DNA of 64,000 nucleotides from Nitrospirota bacterium (lineage in GTDB: Bacteria; Nitrospirota; Nitrospiria; Nitrospirales; NS-4), in NCBI GenBank assembly GCA_963788195.1, contig CAWBGA010000017.1:448001-512000 (forward strand), in the 5' to 3' direction. Positions 11,156-22,321 of this stretch are shown here, piece by piece (within the stretch, counting starts at the first letter, position 1; each line of letters opens with the position of its first letter). The notes below the pieces were generated by a model. It was not told the DNA's origin. It saw nothing but the letters and a program-made list of their open reading frames with translations, and made no database searches. The translations under genes were made by a program, and so were the position numbers.

Positions 11156-12537
11156 CAGCCTCGCCCGGGAAGGGGCGAACGGAGCTGCCAGGCGAGATAC
11201 GGCCAGAAAATGTTGGATCCGATTGCGGCCAGAGCCAGGAACCATGGAAGATGGCCGATGAGCGCGAATGCGAGGATGAGGACGGAGAAGTCTCTGCTCA
11301 CGAGACGATTAAAGATCACATCGATCCTGTGACGTTGAGATTCATTCATGTGTTTGCGTTTTCGACCGACGCTTTGCACAATTTGGAAAGCCGCGAGATT
11401 ACCGATGATCGCCATCGCACCCAACACCAGGGCCCAGTCACCCCATGCTGTGTGAGAAGCGCCCCAGGCAATTCCAGCAAAAAGCGCGATGTGGACGAGA
11501 TTGTCGAGAATGATATCCAGTTGTGCACCAAACGGTGATTCCAGAAATTTGAGCCGAGCAACCTCACCGTCACAGCAGTCGAGGATGGCGGAAAGCTGAA
11601 ACAACAGGGCGCCAAGAATTCCCGTAAGGTAACTGCCGACTGCGAACGCGCCGGCGGCAAGGAGGCCGACCGCCGTCGCCAAGACGGTTATGGCATTCGG
11701 GGACAATGACGTCTGCAACAGCCATCGTGTCAACCAGGAAGAACATTTACGGTTGAAATAGCGATCGACAAAGCCGTCGTGCGGGCCCTTCAGCGTTCTC
11801 AACAATGTCCATTCGGCGCTGGCAATTGACTCGCTGTCGGCGGTGGACCGGGCACTAGTCGTTCGGACTTCTTCATACCAGTCATCCGCCAGCGGAAGCA
11901 CCTTCACCAGGCCGTGACGCACCCCTCGATCAAGCGCCGACTGCAAGGGGTACGGATGATCCTCCGTACCTGCCCAGCCGGCGGTCATGAAGCCTTCGGG
12001 AATCGCGACGACATCAACCGTCAACCCTGAAGACATCTCGGGGACGGACCGTACAGGGGCTTCCACCATCAGGGCGCCATCTAGGTTTGACGGACGATTG
12101 AGATGCAGCCCCGCCTCCCCCATCTGTCCGTTCAACGGCTTGCGCATCACAACGACGGCAGTCCCAGGTTGGGCGTGTTCCCTCATGCGGCCAATGAGGG
12201 CGGCCGAAAAGATTGCCCCGGTACCGGCCACGATGTAGCCGTTCCCGATGATGCTTGAGAGGATCTCCCACGTGCGGTGATCGCTGGGAGGAAATTCTCG
12301 GACAGGAAGCCATCGCACTTCGGCCGTCACGCGCCGATCTCCCTGCAGTTGTTCACGCAGGGCATGGGTGAGGTCCCCTGCAAGGATCATGAAATGAGTG
12401 ATGCCGGCTCGCTGGAGGGTGAGGAAGGTCCGCTGAAATAAAGACAGCCCTCCGACCATCGTCAGCGGACTGGGCAACCCGTGCTCCGCCGGATGTTCAA
12501 AGACCGCGGCGGTAGTCAGAATTAACGCACGATCCAT
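11155..12537 (-). CDS. CDP-alcohol phosphatidyltransferase with N-terminal nucleotidyltransferase-like domain
   Basis: SPNAIT, DCCDGEVAR...GAQLDIILD motif. Confidence 0.88.
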   Translation of the reverse strand: MDRALILTTAAVFEHPAEHGLPSPLTMVGGLSLFQRTFLTLQRAGITHFMILAGDLTHALREQLQGDRRVTAEVRWLPVREFPPSDHRTWEILSSIIGNGYIVAGTGAIFSAALIGRMREHAQPGTAVVVMRKPLNGQMGEAGLHLNRPSNLDGALMVEAPVRSVPEMSSGLTVDVVAIPEGFMTAGWAGTEDHPYPLQSALDRGVRHGLVKVLPLADDWYEEVRTTSARSTADSESIASAEWTLLRTLKGPHDGFVDRYFNRKCSSWLTRWLLQTSLSPNAITVLATAVGLLAAGAFAVGSYLTGILGALLFQLSAILDCCDGEVARLKFLESPFGAQLDIILDNLVHIALFAGIAWGASHTAWGDWALVLGAMAIIGNLAAFQIVQSVGRKRKHMNESQRHRIDVIFNRLVSRDFSVLILAFALIGHLPWFLALAAIGSNIFWPYLAWQLRSPLPGRG

Positions 12538-12571
12538 GGATCATATGCCGGTCTACATGTCGCAGTTAAGC

Positions 12572-13832
12572 TCATGCGCCGGTGTTCACCTCAGGCTTGG
12601 CCTCTATTGTCGCCCCTTCGGGAGTCTTCCCGGCCGCCTGTAAGGCCTCGGCTGCAGCCGCTTCGGCTTCAGCTCGCTCACGCTCCTCTCGGTCTTTACG
12701 ATCCTGTTGCAAGCGGTCCATCTCCGCGGCCCTTTCGACTCCATAGTTTCTGGGCTTCAGGAAGGACCGCTTCGAATGCCTTCAGGAAGCCCTCGATCTG
12801 AGCGTCACTGAGCGCTCCCATATTTGCCACACGAAAGACGCTCTCTGCAAGCTGAGCCTGACCCGCATAGATCACATACCCACGCTCCCGCAATAGATCG
12901 TGCAGGTGATCGTAGTAGACGCCCTCCGGGAGCTTAAATGCGGTCAATGTGCCTGACCACAGGGGCTCGCGAAGATAAAACTTTATCCGCATTGCCCGCA
13001 TGTAGTTGCGAATCGTGCGGGCCGCGTTTCGATAGCGGGCAATCCGCTTTGCCACGCCCTCTTCCAGCAGCTCATCCAGGGCTTCGTTAAACGCATAATA
13101 CAGCTGTACCGCAGGCGTAAAAGGAATGGAGCCTTCCTCCTGTGCCTTGTAGTAGATCGGCAGGTGCAGATACACGGAGCGCCGCTCATAGTTGACCATC
13201 TGTTCCATAAGATCCCGTCTGACAATGACGAAGCCGACGCCAGGAAAGCCCTGGATACACTTGCCTGACGAGCCGGCGATCAACCCGATATTATAGGCAT
13301 TAAAATCGATCTCCTCGCCGCCCAGACTGCTCACGCCGTCGACCAGAAGATAGCGACCCATCTTTTTTGCGACCGCGCCGATTTCTTTGACCGGGTTGAG
13401 CATGCCGGTGGAGGTCTCATGATGAACAACGGCGATCGCCTGGATCGCCGCATTTTGGCGCAGCGCCACTGCCACGGGTGCAACATCGAAGCGCTGGTCC
13501 CACTCCCCGGACAGGTCGGCGGTCTGGATTTTGTGCGCGGCGGCCATCTGCGAGATTCGGTGAGAATAGACGCCGTTCTTGATCACCATGAGACGACGGC
13601 CCGGCGCAATGCTCGACGTCACGACAGCCTCTACGGCGGCGGTTCCTGATCCCGTGATAAGCAGCGCGACATATTCCGAGGTGTAATTCGCGGCGAAGGC
13701 GCGGAGCAGTTTCTCGCGAATACCGTCCAACAAGTCGGTGAACTCAGATTCGCGATGACAGATATCGGGCCGCATTAACGCTTGGCGCACACGCTCAGAG
13801 ACATTCACCGGCCCGGGGTTGAGTAAGATCAC
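12572..13832 (-). CDS. class V PLP aminotransferase, 2-aminoethylphosphonate transaminase (PhnW/AepZ)-like, frameshift near 12745
   Basis: LLNPGPVN, DICHRESEF, GSGTAAVE, HHETSTG, SSGKCIQGFPG; GTG start at 13832; charged tail in second frame to TGA at 12572. Confidence 0.88.
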
Positions 13833-14421
13833 GATATCCCTCCCACAGCGGCTTTTCGAAACCGCTCTGTGATCGCGGGGGGCTCGATGCCAACCCGTCC
13901 CACGTCGTCCGCCAATTCCGACACTTTTACGAGCAAAAAGCTCGGCCCATCCTCTTTCAACATCACACCTGCCTCGTAGATAAGATCCTCCAACTCTCGC
14001 ACGCGCTGCGACGTTCCGATAGCCGGCGGCTTTGGCCACCTGGTCCAAACGGAACAACTTGTGAAATCGTCGGCTGGTTGCCAGTGCTTCCATAGACTTC
14101 GTTATCGAACACGATATGGACCAAATTCTTGGGTCTCAACGCTCCGATTGTTGCGAGCGTCCCCATACCCATCAGGACATTGCCGTCGCCGTCAAAGATG
14201 AGGACTTTCCGTCGAGGTTGCGCCAACGCCACACCAAGGCCGATCGCCGGCGCAACACCCATCGAGCCGATCATATAAAAATTCTCCGGCCGATCTCGGA
14301 TGGCATATGCCTCACGTGAAGCAAATCCGTTGCAGACGACCACTAGCTCGTCGCTGAGCAATTCCAGCACGGCACCGATCGCCCGGCTTCGGCTGGTCAG
14401 CACCCCCTCTTCCGGCCTCAC
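13829..14421 (-). CDS. TPP-dependent phosphonopyruvate/sulfopyruvate decarboxylase beta subunit (two frameshifts)
   Basis: FYMIGSMG, DGDGNVLMGMG, DNEVYGSTGNQP. Confidence 0.85.
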
Positions 14422-14906
14422 GCCACGACACCCTTCACAATCAGCAACGCCACCGGTATCCGTTGTTGATTAAAGACCTGCGCCGCCCAATTCAGATCCT
14501 CCTTGCAGCGCTCCGCCGACAGGGTGCGATGGGGAATACGGACAAGGTCCAACAGCTTAGTTAACACTTGGCCCATGACAAGATGCTCAGGTGCGTCTTT
14601 CCCATCATGCCCGCGCCAGGAGATCATCAAGAGGCAGGGCTGCAGATAGATGAGATTGAGCGAGATGAGAGCGTTCAGTGACGTCCCGAGCCCCGAATTC
14701 TGCATCAAGACCACGGGAGCCCTACCACCCATAAATGCTCCCGCCGCCATGGCCACGGCTTCATCTTCGCGGACGGCCGGGACATACCGCCTCCGTTCAA
14801 CTAGCGCCGCAATTATTCCGCTGAGCGTTGAGTCGGGCACGCCCGTGAAGAAGTCGAAGCCGACATCTTCCAAATCCGCGACAACGGTTTTTGCTGGAAT
14901 TGGCAT
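14418..14906 (-). CDS. phosphonopyruvate/sulfopyruvate decarboxylase alpha subunit
   Basis: FFTGVPDS, REDEAVAMAAG, MQNSGLG, WRG..DAPEH. Confidence 0.88.
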   Translation of the reverse strand: MPIPAKTVVADLEDVGFDFFTGVPDSTLSGIIAALVERRRYVPAVREDEAVAMAAGAFMGGRAPVVLMQNSGLGTSLNALISLNLIYLQPCLLMISWRGHDGKDAPEHLVMGQVLTKLLDLVRIPHRTLSAERCKEDLNWAAQVFNQQRIPVALLIVKGVVA

Positions 14907-15018
14907 AAGACGAGCTGGTGATTATAGCCAAGGCAGGAGCACGATCTCAAGGCGCGTCTAGAATGCCCTCATGACCTTCCGGAGACACGAGTGCTGAGGG
15001 GGAGATGTTAGGACCTTC

Positions 15019-15624
15019 TTAAGGCTTGAGGAAATGCTCTGCGCCCCGACGTCGGCCGGTATGCCGTTGTGAGCGGCTTCTCCACAACAGCAGGCCTGCC
15101 AAGCCTGACGCCATCAGAACCAACGTGGTCGGCTCCGGGTTAACAATCGTCGACGAGCTAACATTCGTAAATGAAACCACGAGATCATTGTAGTCCTGGT
15201 CGCCGCCGCCGAAGAGGTCTTCGAACCCTACGAGGCTCTGGTTCAGACCAACCGCGGTGTCCACAGTCGCGTGTGCGCTATTGTCTAGATTTCGAGATGC
15301 GGCCCCGTTAAAGAAGGTATCAGCCGTATACAGCACGTGAATCCCGAGGATTAACTCGGTTCCCGCTGCGAAAGTTCCGAGGCTTATTGAGGTTCCGGGA
15401 GAGCTCGCGTGGTTGTTGAAAATCACCGCCAGAGTGTTACCGGGAGTCTGAAGAAATAGTTCGCTCGTGTAGGCCGCACTGCTGCCCACAAAAGTTGCTA
15501 TTACCTCGCCTGTGTTGGCCACAAAGGTAGATCCACCTACGACCGGAACTGCCCACGTCAGAACCGGCGTAATAAGCACAGCCAATACGGCAGCAAGCAC
15601 ACATGATGACCTTCTGGCTTTCAT
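15019..15624 (-). CDS. PEP-CTERM sorting domain protein (DUF4114-like domain)
   Basis: Signal peptide; GFEDLFGGGDQDYNDLV; NPEPTTLVLMASGLAGL + basic tail. Confidence 0.88.
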   Translation of the reverse strand: MKARRSSCVLAAVLAVLITPVLTWAVPVVGGSTFVANTGEVIATFVGSSAAYTSELFLQTPGNTLAVIFNNHASSPGTSISLGTFAAGTELILGIHVLYTADTFFNGAASRNLDNSAHATVDTAVGLNQSLVGFEDLFGGGDQDYNDLVVSFTNVSSSTIVNPEPTTLVLMASGLAGLLLWRSRSQRHTGRRRGAEHFLKP

Positions 15625-15693
15625 GCATTGTTCTCCATCGCATTGTCCTCCATTGGAGTGAATTCCGGTTTACGCCGCCGTTGCTGTATTCTT

Positions 15694-15787
15694 AGCATGT
15701 TTAATGCCAGGACATAAGTAATTGAAAAGGAATGCTCTTTTTATGTCGAAAAAAATCGATAGTCCAATAATGTCAAAATTCCTGACG
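15694..15787 (-). promoter_or_regulatory. sigma-54 promoter plus TGT-N11-ACA-like upstream box
   Basis: Minus strand TGGCATTAAACATGCT (GG-N10-GC) 15694-15709; TGTCAAAATTCCTGACG 15771-15787. Confidence 0.7.
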
Positions 15788-16210
15788 CTACTTTCGTGGG
15801 TAGGATAATATGTAAAAACACAAAGTATTGCAGTTTTTTCAAGTAAATCCTGGCTGTTGGAGTGTAACCTTTGCGAACGCGAAAAAGATTTCACTGGTGG
15901 CGAAGTATATCCTCTGTCGGATTTCTTGCAACGCTTCTTTAGAGTGGTGAGCTTACTGGGGAGGGGAGTTGTGCGTACGAGTTCCTATGAAAGCAGTGCC
16001 TGCTACCGGGTCTGCCGATGATTTCGCTCGAATAGACTTTCTCGGTCCACATGCTATAAGCGCGATTCGGATCCATAGATCAATGACTGTTTCCACTTTT
16101 GAGGCCGGAATTCCCTCAATATAGGGATTGAGTGTGCGCTTGGGTTTTCGTGAAGATAATTAGGCTGATTTCTCGATATTCTTCCACTGATCACCAATAG
16201 GAGGCGTTGA

Positions 16211-16879
16211 ATGAAAACAGGGGAGACGATTATGCTGACCGGTGCCTTATTTATCGCAGCCGCCCTCATGGCGGCGCCTACGCAACTCTTCGCTGCGACC
16301 ACCGCCGAAAAGGCTGGAGAAAAGGCTGAAAAGGCGGCGGATCGAGCTGAAAAAGCCGCAGATCGGGCTGAAGATGCTTCCAAGGCGACCCCCAAGGATG
16401 ACAAGACCAGCACCACCAAGGAACCGATCACTGACTCCTGGCTGACCGCGAAAACCAAGATCGCTCTCGTCGCGGATGCCCGTGTCAAAGGAAGACAGAT
16501 CAATGTAGAGACGAAAAAGGGCGTTGTCATGCTCCGAGGCAAGGTTGATACCGACGAGGCGAAGACTGCCGCGGAAGAAACCGCCAAGGGAATTGACGGT
16601 GTCAAGAGTGTGAAGAATGAACTTCAAGTCGTCGCCCCTGCAAAACGCGAGGCCGTTGAGGAGAAGGATGATATCATCACGGACCGCGTCAAGCGTGAGA
16701 TCAACAAGGACGCTAAATTGAAAAAGGCGAATATCGATGTGAAGACCAACGCGGGAGTCGTCTCCCTGAGCGGTGAAGTCCCGGACATTACCACCAGCGC
16801 CAAAGCCTCGTGGACCGCATGGAAAGTCGTGGGCGTGAAATCCGTGAAAAATGACCTCAGCATCAAGAACAAGAACTAG
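16211..16879 (+). CDS. BON domain protein (OsmY-like, two BON domains)
   Basis: DSWLTAKTKIAL, INVET..GVVMLRG, GVKSVKN twice. Confidence 0.9.
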   Translation: MKTGETIMLTGALFIAAALMAAPTQLFAATTAEKAGEKAEKAADRAEKAADRAEDASKATPKDDKTSTTKEPITDSWLTAKTKIALVADARVKGRQINVETKKGVVMLRGKVDTDEAKTAAEETAKGIDGVKSVKNELQVVAPAKREAVEEKDDIITDRVKREINKDAKLKKANIDVKTNAGVVSLSGEVPDITTSAKASWTAWKVVGVKSVKNDLSIKNKN

Positions 16880-16898
16880 CGGGTTGAAAGGACTTCTC

Positions 16899-17609
16899 AT
16901 GCGATCAAAAAGTTTTTTTTCAACATGCACGAAAGGTGCGCTTGCGCTCAGCGTTGCGATTATGGCGGCGGGGTGCGCGATCGAAACCTCGCCGGGCTCG
17001 TCAAAAGGGCCGGAGTCACGGCCGACGGCAGGGCCGGCGGGGGCGCCTACCCCTCGCCAATTGGACCCTCAGCAGCAAGAGCGGTTAAAGGCTGTGATGA
17101 TCCCGCTGCTTCAAAAAATGAATAAGCCAATCCCCCCGAATCAAGTCCGCATTGGTCTGCTGGATGATCCGAATATCAATGCAGCCAATGCGGGCGGCGG
17201 AGAATTCTATGTGACGACCGGACTCCTACAGAAAGCCAATGATGAGCAACTCGCAGGGGTCATGGCTCATGAGGTCGCCCATGCGGATCTGGGCCATGTG
17301 ACGAAGCTGCAAACTATTGGGGCGGGCGTGAACATTGCCACGGTTTTACTTGATGCGTTGGGCGTGCCGGGCGCCGGGCTTGTACCGGTAGCCGGCGATC
17401 TCCTTGTGGCTCGGCCCTATAGCCGGGACGCGGAGTACGCTGCGGACCGTCACGGCGTCGAATTACTACAACGGACCGGCCGGGACGGCAAACAGATCAT
17501 GGCGAACACATTAGGATGGCTCATGCAGACTGCAGGATCAGGGGGAGGGGGATTCTTCGCCACGCATCCCGGCACCGAAGATCGCATACAGAAAATTCAG
17601 TCGTTGTGA
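16899..17609 (+). CDS. M48 family metalloprotease lipoprotein
   Basis: NAAN, HEVAH zinc motif, YSRDAEYAAD, THP; AAGC lipobox. Confidence 0.9.
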   Translation: MRSKSFFSTCTKGALALSVAIMAAGCAIETSPGSSKGPESRPTAGPAGAPTPRQLDPQQQERLKAVMIPLLQKMNKPIPPNQVRIGLLDDPNINAANAGGGEFYVTTGLLQKANDEQLAGVMAHEVAHADLGHVTKLQTIGAGVNIATVLLDALGVPGAGLVPVAGDLLVARPYSRDAEYAADRHGVELLQRTGRDGKQIMANTLGWLMQTAGSGGGGFFATHPGTEDRIQKIQSL

Positions 17610-18247
17610 TCAACAGAAGAGTTTGGGCCGTGAGAAGACGCCGCATGCCGATAGTGGCGGTTGCCGCAATCGCCATCATGATTATGACAGGTCTCGTCGG
17701 TTGCCAATCAACCGGCGGGAAAGGTCAAACCATTCAGGGACCCCAAGAGACCCGGGTGGCCCCGACAGTCGGAACCGCCGTCATCGGTGGTCCTGTCCGA
17801 GCGAAATCCGCCGTCAGAGGTAAATTGTCGGGAGCGCTTGCCGGCGGGACGATAGGGAACTACCTGGAGCGCCAGGATCGCGACGGAGCTGCCGCAGCCG
17901 TGGCTATCGGCTATCTCCCCGAACAAGGCGAAATGCTCACGGTTGACACCGTAGAGGCCTCACCTACAACTGCGCGTCACGGCGACATCGTGAATCTCAC
18001 TTCAACGTACACAGTTCTCACCCCCAACAATCGGCCGATGACGATTCGTGAGACACGTGAAGTACGCCTCAACGGCTCTCTCGTCGCGAATCCGTTCATA
18101 GATGTCCAGCGAAGCAACGGGACCTTCACCAGCATTCTGCCGATCACGTTACCCCAGAACGCAAAGCCCGGGACGTATGAAGTGACGACGACGGTATCAA
18201 AGGACCAGCACACATCCCGGTCCATGACAAACTTCACTGTCCAGTAA
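17606..18247 (+). CDS. lipoprotein with glycine-zipper-like segment and Ig-like C-terminus
   Basis: LVGC lipobox; GALAGGTIGNY. Confidence 0.65.
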   Translation: MINRRVWAVRRRRMPIVAVAAIAIMIMTGLVGCQSTGGKGQTIQGPQETRVAPTVGTAVIGGPVRAKSAVRGKLSGALAGGTIGNYLERQDRDGAAAAVAIGYLPEQGEMLTVDTVEASPTTARHGDIVNLTSTYTVLTPNNRPMTIRETREVRLNGSLVANPFIDVQRSNGTFTSILPITLPQNAKPGTYEVTTTVSKDQHTSRSMTNFTVQ

Positions 18248-18381
18248 GAATCCCGCTACATCGCGTCGTCATCCGGTGTCCAGGCATCGGTCGCCTTGAC
18301 AGCATTCTCAATGAAACGCTATCCTCCGCTCTCCTCAGTGGCCTGCGTGTCGGACAACGATAACTTCCGGATCAGATCAAG

Positions 18382-19084
18382 ATGTCCAGAGAGATGGAAA
18401 TCAACATCCGCCCCATCTTCTCGACGCCGCTTCTGGTGTTCACGATCCCCGATTACGAGCGCATTAATACAGAGCTTCAGGCCAAAATCCTTGAGCGGGA
18501 GGCCGGCCGGCCGCCCGCTGCCGACCATGAGGTCATTGGGTGGTCTTCGCCTCATGACATGTCGATGATGGAATGGGCCGGCAAGATCATGGAAGATTTA
18601 CTCTCCCCGGTCATCGAAGTCGCGACGCAAGCGACCGAGTTCTCCGAGCGGGCTCCCGCGTTGACGGGCGCAAAGCCACGGTGGCAAGTCGTTGAGACCT
18701 GGGCAAATGTACAACGGCGCGGCGGCATTAACGCTGTGCACCCCCACCCGGGAACCTTCTGGTCCGGGCGTCTACTATGTAGACGTGGGGGATATCTCTC
18801 AAGATAGCCGCTGCGGAGGCGAGCTTCAGCTCTTTGATCCTCGAGGTTGCCTACCGACGATGCTGGCGCCGTTTCTCCGCTATACGGTGCCCGAGCTTCA
18901 TGATGCCGGAAAAAGCATTTCCTTCACCCCTGGTGCAGGCAAATGCGTTCTGTTCCCAGGATGGCTCTCGCATTCTGTCGGTCTCTATACAGGCGACCGG
19001 CCCCGCATTAGCGTAGCGTTCAACCTCGACCCGATCATCGAAGAGTTTCCCGACTGGCGTTTTACGAAATCGAAGCCTTCTTGA
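18382..19084 (+). CDS. putative 2OG-Fe(II) oxygenase (TIGR02466-like), frameshift near 18765
   Basis: WANV..HPHP..SGVYYV, DPR, FPGWLSHSV, RISVAFN across two frames. Confidence 0.85.
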
Positions 19085-19124
19085 ACAATTCCCCTCACCG
19101 GACGAACGTGATGGATATGACACG

Positions 19125-19388
19125 ATGCCCATACGTCCACTAGCCTTTGCCAACGCCCTGGCGTTGACCACTGCCCTTCTAGCCGTCCTCCTGATAATTC
19201 TACGAGTCTTCGCGCCGGCCATGTTCGTATTTGTGTTTAATGCGCAGTTCTTTGGAGCGGATGTCGCCATGTTGCTCCCCACGCAATCCCACACTATCAC
19301 GTTGGTCGCTGAATTTCTGACCTTCGTCGCTGGAGCCTGGGGCTTCGGCTTGGTCGGCGCCGTCCTGTACAATCGCCTCATCAGGTAG
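19125..19388 (+). CDS. small membrane protein (DUF5676-like)
   Basis: Two hydrophobic helices, C-terminal LYNRL. Confidence 0.65.
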   Translation: MPIRPLAFANALALTTALLAVLLIILRVFAPAMFVFVFNAQFFGADVAMLLPTQSHTITLVAEFLTFVAGAWGFGLVGAVLYNRLIR

Positions 19389-19407
19389 TCTACGTGCTAC
19401 GCAGTGT

Positions 19408-20151
19408 CTAAATTCCCCAGCCGCCGCTTACATGGATGTTGGTGCCGTTCACATAGCGCGCCTCATCGCTCAGGAGGAAGCGCACCACCCCGACCGCATC
19501 CTTCATCTCTCCGATGTAGCCAGCCGGAATTTTCTTGACCATACCCGCCAGCTCCGCCTCGGGAGCGCTGCCGGAATTGATGAAGCCCGGTGAAATAGCA
19601 TTCGCCGTCACGCCGTATGGAGCCAGTGTCTTGGCGAGGGTGCGGGTCAGGATCAGAACACCGACCTTCGCGATGTAATGCGCGGTGAGGTCGGGCTGGG
19701 CAATCATTTGGTCGGCATTGGCCATGGAAAAATTAATGATACGTCCTCGTTTGCGTGCCTTCATACCGGGAGCTATGGCCCTCGTCATATAAAATACCGA
19801 ATCAAGATTATTCGCGAACATGTCCCGCCATCCGCCGGCAGTCTCCTCCCAAATGTTCACTCGATGGTAAGGCCCTGCGCCATTGATGAGACAGTCCACG
19901 GCTCCAAATTCCATTTCCACCCTTCTGGCAAACGACGCGGCCTCTTCGGGGATGGAAACATCACAGCGCTCGGCAAGTACGCGGATTCCCGACCGTTTGA
20001 GCAGCCGGGCTGTATCCTCGGCGTCCTGCTCGGAGGAGCGATAGCAGAAAGCAATCTGCCAGCCGGCTGCGGCAAGGTCGAGTCCGATTGCGCGGGCGAT
20101 TCCCCTCGCGCCGCCGGTGATCAACGCAATCTTGGGTCCATTCTCGAGCAT
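19408..20151 (-). CDS. SDR family oxidoreductase
   Basis: TGGARGIA, INGAG, YIAK, NAISPG. Confidence 0.9.
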   Translation of the reverse strand: MLENGPKIALITGGARGIARAIGLDLAAAGWQIAFCYRSSEQDAEDTARLLKRSGIRVLAERCDVSIPEEAASFARRVEMEFGAVDCLINGAGPYHRVNIWEETAGGWRDMFANNLDSVFYMTRAIAPGMKARKRGRIINFSMANADQMIAQPDLTAHYIAKVGVLILTRTLAKTLAPYGVTANAISPGFINSGSAPEAELAGMVKKIPAGYIGEMKDAVGVVRFLLSDEARYVNGTNIHVSGGWGI

Positions 20152-20353
20152 CGCGAGCCGTTATATCATTCCACCGTGACGCTTACAATTGCCTCAAAGC
20201 CCGATCGTCAGGCCCGCAGTGGGTGTCATACAAGCTAAAATTGCAACCAACGTTAATTCATAGTATAACTTAGGTAAGACTATGGCATTACAGCGTGCAA
20301 TGATACTCCCCGGTCGTCGCAGATAATTCTGCTCATCCAGGACTCAATTTTGA

Positions 20354-22321
20354 ATGCCAACCTCCGAACTGACCCTCGTTAAACAGAAACTCACGTGGGT
20401 CTCGTTAACCTATTGCGGTATCGCAATACTTCTCGTGTGCGCAGCGTTGGCGTATATAGAAATGGCTGCGACTGACGCTACCCTAGCCGAACATCTGTCC
20501 AAGATGGGGCAGATGGTCGCGGCTCAGCACCGTGGCGCCCTGTCCCTAAAAACGGTTCCCCCGAAAGGCGCGCTCTCCGACATGCTCTCTGCCGTCCCAG
20601 CGATTGCTTCGGTTGCCATTTACTCCGAAGACGGTAGTGTGTTCACCAGCTATATTCGAGACCAAAGAGAGGCTTCTGTGTCTATGCCGCCCCCGGTGGA
20701 CGGACTGCAGAAGGGGGCACGCTCTCTGTCTCTGACAGAACCGATTTGGCTGCAAGGCAAGCGCCTTGGCACTATCTATATCAGCTCCGACCTTGCCCCC
20801 GCGCAAGACCGCCTCAAGAAATTTCTGCCCATCATTGTGGCAGTTGTTTTGACGGCCTTCCTCGGAATCTATCTCTTATTTTCCCGGCTTCTGCAGAAGA
20901 TCTTCGATCCGATCCTGCAATTGGCGCAAACAATGAGGGCGGTGTCCAATGACAGGGACTACTCTGTGCGTGTATCCGAGCGATCCAATGATGAACTAGG
21001 TGAACTTGCCGGCGAATTTAATGAGATGCTGGCGCAAATTCAGAACTCCAATACGGCATCTGAGGTAGCCCGCATCGAGATGGAAAACTGCATGCGGGAG
21101 CGGACCTCCAAACTGCAAGAGGAGATTGCCGAGCGCACCAGATTGGAGCAGCAACTCCTACAGGCGCAAAAGATGGAAGCCCTAGGGCAACTCGCCGGCG
21201 GGATTGCGCATGACTTCAACAATCTTTTGACCGTGATCATGGGCAACCTGTCGCTGGCGCGCCTTCAGTCGGGGCAAGATGGAAAAGTTGCCGCATTGCT
21301 ACAGGCCGCCGAGCAGGGCACCCATCGCGCCAGTGATCTCACCCGTCAGTTGCTGGCCGTGGGACGCCGGACATTCAACCTTCCGAAAGCCTTTGATCTG
21401 CATGAAGTCGTCATGGAAGTCGTACAAATTCTGAAACGCACAATCGATCCGCGTATTGTGATTCAAACGCCCACGGCCGAGGTGGTATGGCTGGTCCATG
21501 CCGATTCGGGCCAGATGTTCCAGGCCTTGATGAACCTGTGCGTCAATGCTCGGGACGCCATGCCCAACGGAGGCCGGCTGCAGATTGCGCTACAGAACGT
21601 GACAAGGAAAATGCATGGCAAGGAAAACCCTGCGCTGGACCCTGCGCCCGGCTGTTTTGTCCGTCTCATTGTGTCCGATACGGGGATGGGGATGGAACCA
21701 GAGACCTGTAGGCGCATCTTTGAGCCGTTCTTCACTACCAAGGAAGTCGGCAAAGGAATGGGGCTCGGTCTCGCAATGGTGTACGGAATCGTCACTCAAA
21801 ACAAGGGGACCATCACGGTTGAAAGCAAACCGAACGAGGGAAGTCGCTTCACGATCGAGCTCCCACGGCACATCGAGAGCGCAGGCGCTCAGGCACATTC
21901 CGCGTCGCTCCCGCCCGAACAATGTGAGCCGAAAACTGGGGAAGGAAGCGGTGAGACCGTTCTCGTCGTCGAGGACGAAGATCAGATTCGAAAGCTGGCC
22001 AGACAGGTCCTGGAACAACTCGGCTACGCGGTGCTGGAAGCCGAGGACGGGGTCCGAGGGCTCATCGTGTACCAAGCCGAACAAAAACGGATCGCCGCAG
22101 TGATTCTTGATCTGACGATGCCGAAAAAATCGGGGTTGGAAGTCCTGGCCACCATGCGTCGACTCAATCCGACAGTTCGCGTGATTCTCTCGAGCGGTTA
22201 TTCAGCCGCTGCTCAAAAGTTGGACCTGGCCAAGTTAGGGGTGATGGCCTTTCTTCAAAAACCCTACGTTCCGAACGATCTGGCCCGAACGCTGAGAACT
22301 GTCTTGGATCAAACTCCCTGA
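20354..22321 (+). CDS. hybrid sensor histidine kinase/response regulator (periplasmic sensor-HAMP-HisKA-HATPase-REC)
   Basis: AHDFNNLL H-box, NARDAM, FFTTK, GMGLGL, C-terminal receiver. Confidence 0.93.
   Translation: MPTSELTLVKQKLTWVSLTYCGIAILLVCAALAYIEMAATDATLAEHLSKMGQMVAAQHRGALSLKTVPPKGALSDMLSAVPAIASVAIYSEDGSVFTSYIRDQREASVSMPPPVDGLQKGARSLSLTEPIWLQGKRLGTIYISSDLAPAQDRLKKFLPIIVAVVLTAFLGIYLLFSRLLQKIFDPILQLAQTMRAVSNDRDYSVRVSERSNDELGELAGEFNEMLAQIQNSNTASEVARIEMENCMRERTSKLQEEIAERTRLEQQLLQAQKMEALGQLAGGIAHDFNNLLTVIMGNLSLARLQSGQDGKVAALLQAAEQGTHRASDLTRQLLAVGRRTFNLPKAFDLHEVVMEVVQILKRTIDPRIVIQTPTAEVVWLVHADSGQMFQALMNLCVNARDAMPNGGRLQIALQNVTRKMHGKENPALDPAPGCFVRLIVSDTGMGMEPETCRRIFEPFFTTKEVGKGMGLGLAMVYGIVTQNKGTITVESKPNEGSRFTIELPRHIESAGAQAHSASLPPEQCEPKTGEGSGETVLVVEDEDQIRKLARQVLEQLGYAVLEAEDGVRGLIVYQAEQKRIAAVILDLTMPKKSGLEVLATMRRLNPTVRVILSSGYSAAAQKLDLAKLGVMAFLQKPYVPNDLARTLRTVLDQTP

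Noticed and set aside
16247..16930. Long antisense or shadow ORFs (also 79..726, 8652..9281, 37508..38131, 59781..60527)
   Set aside because: They overlap well-supported genes on the opposite strand, as expected in GC-rich DNA.
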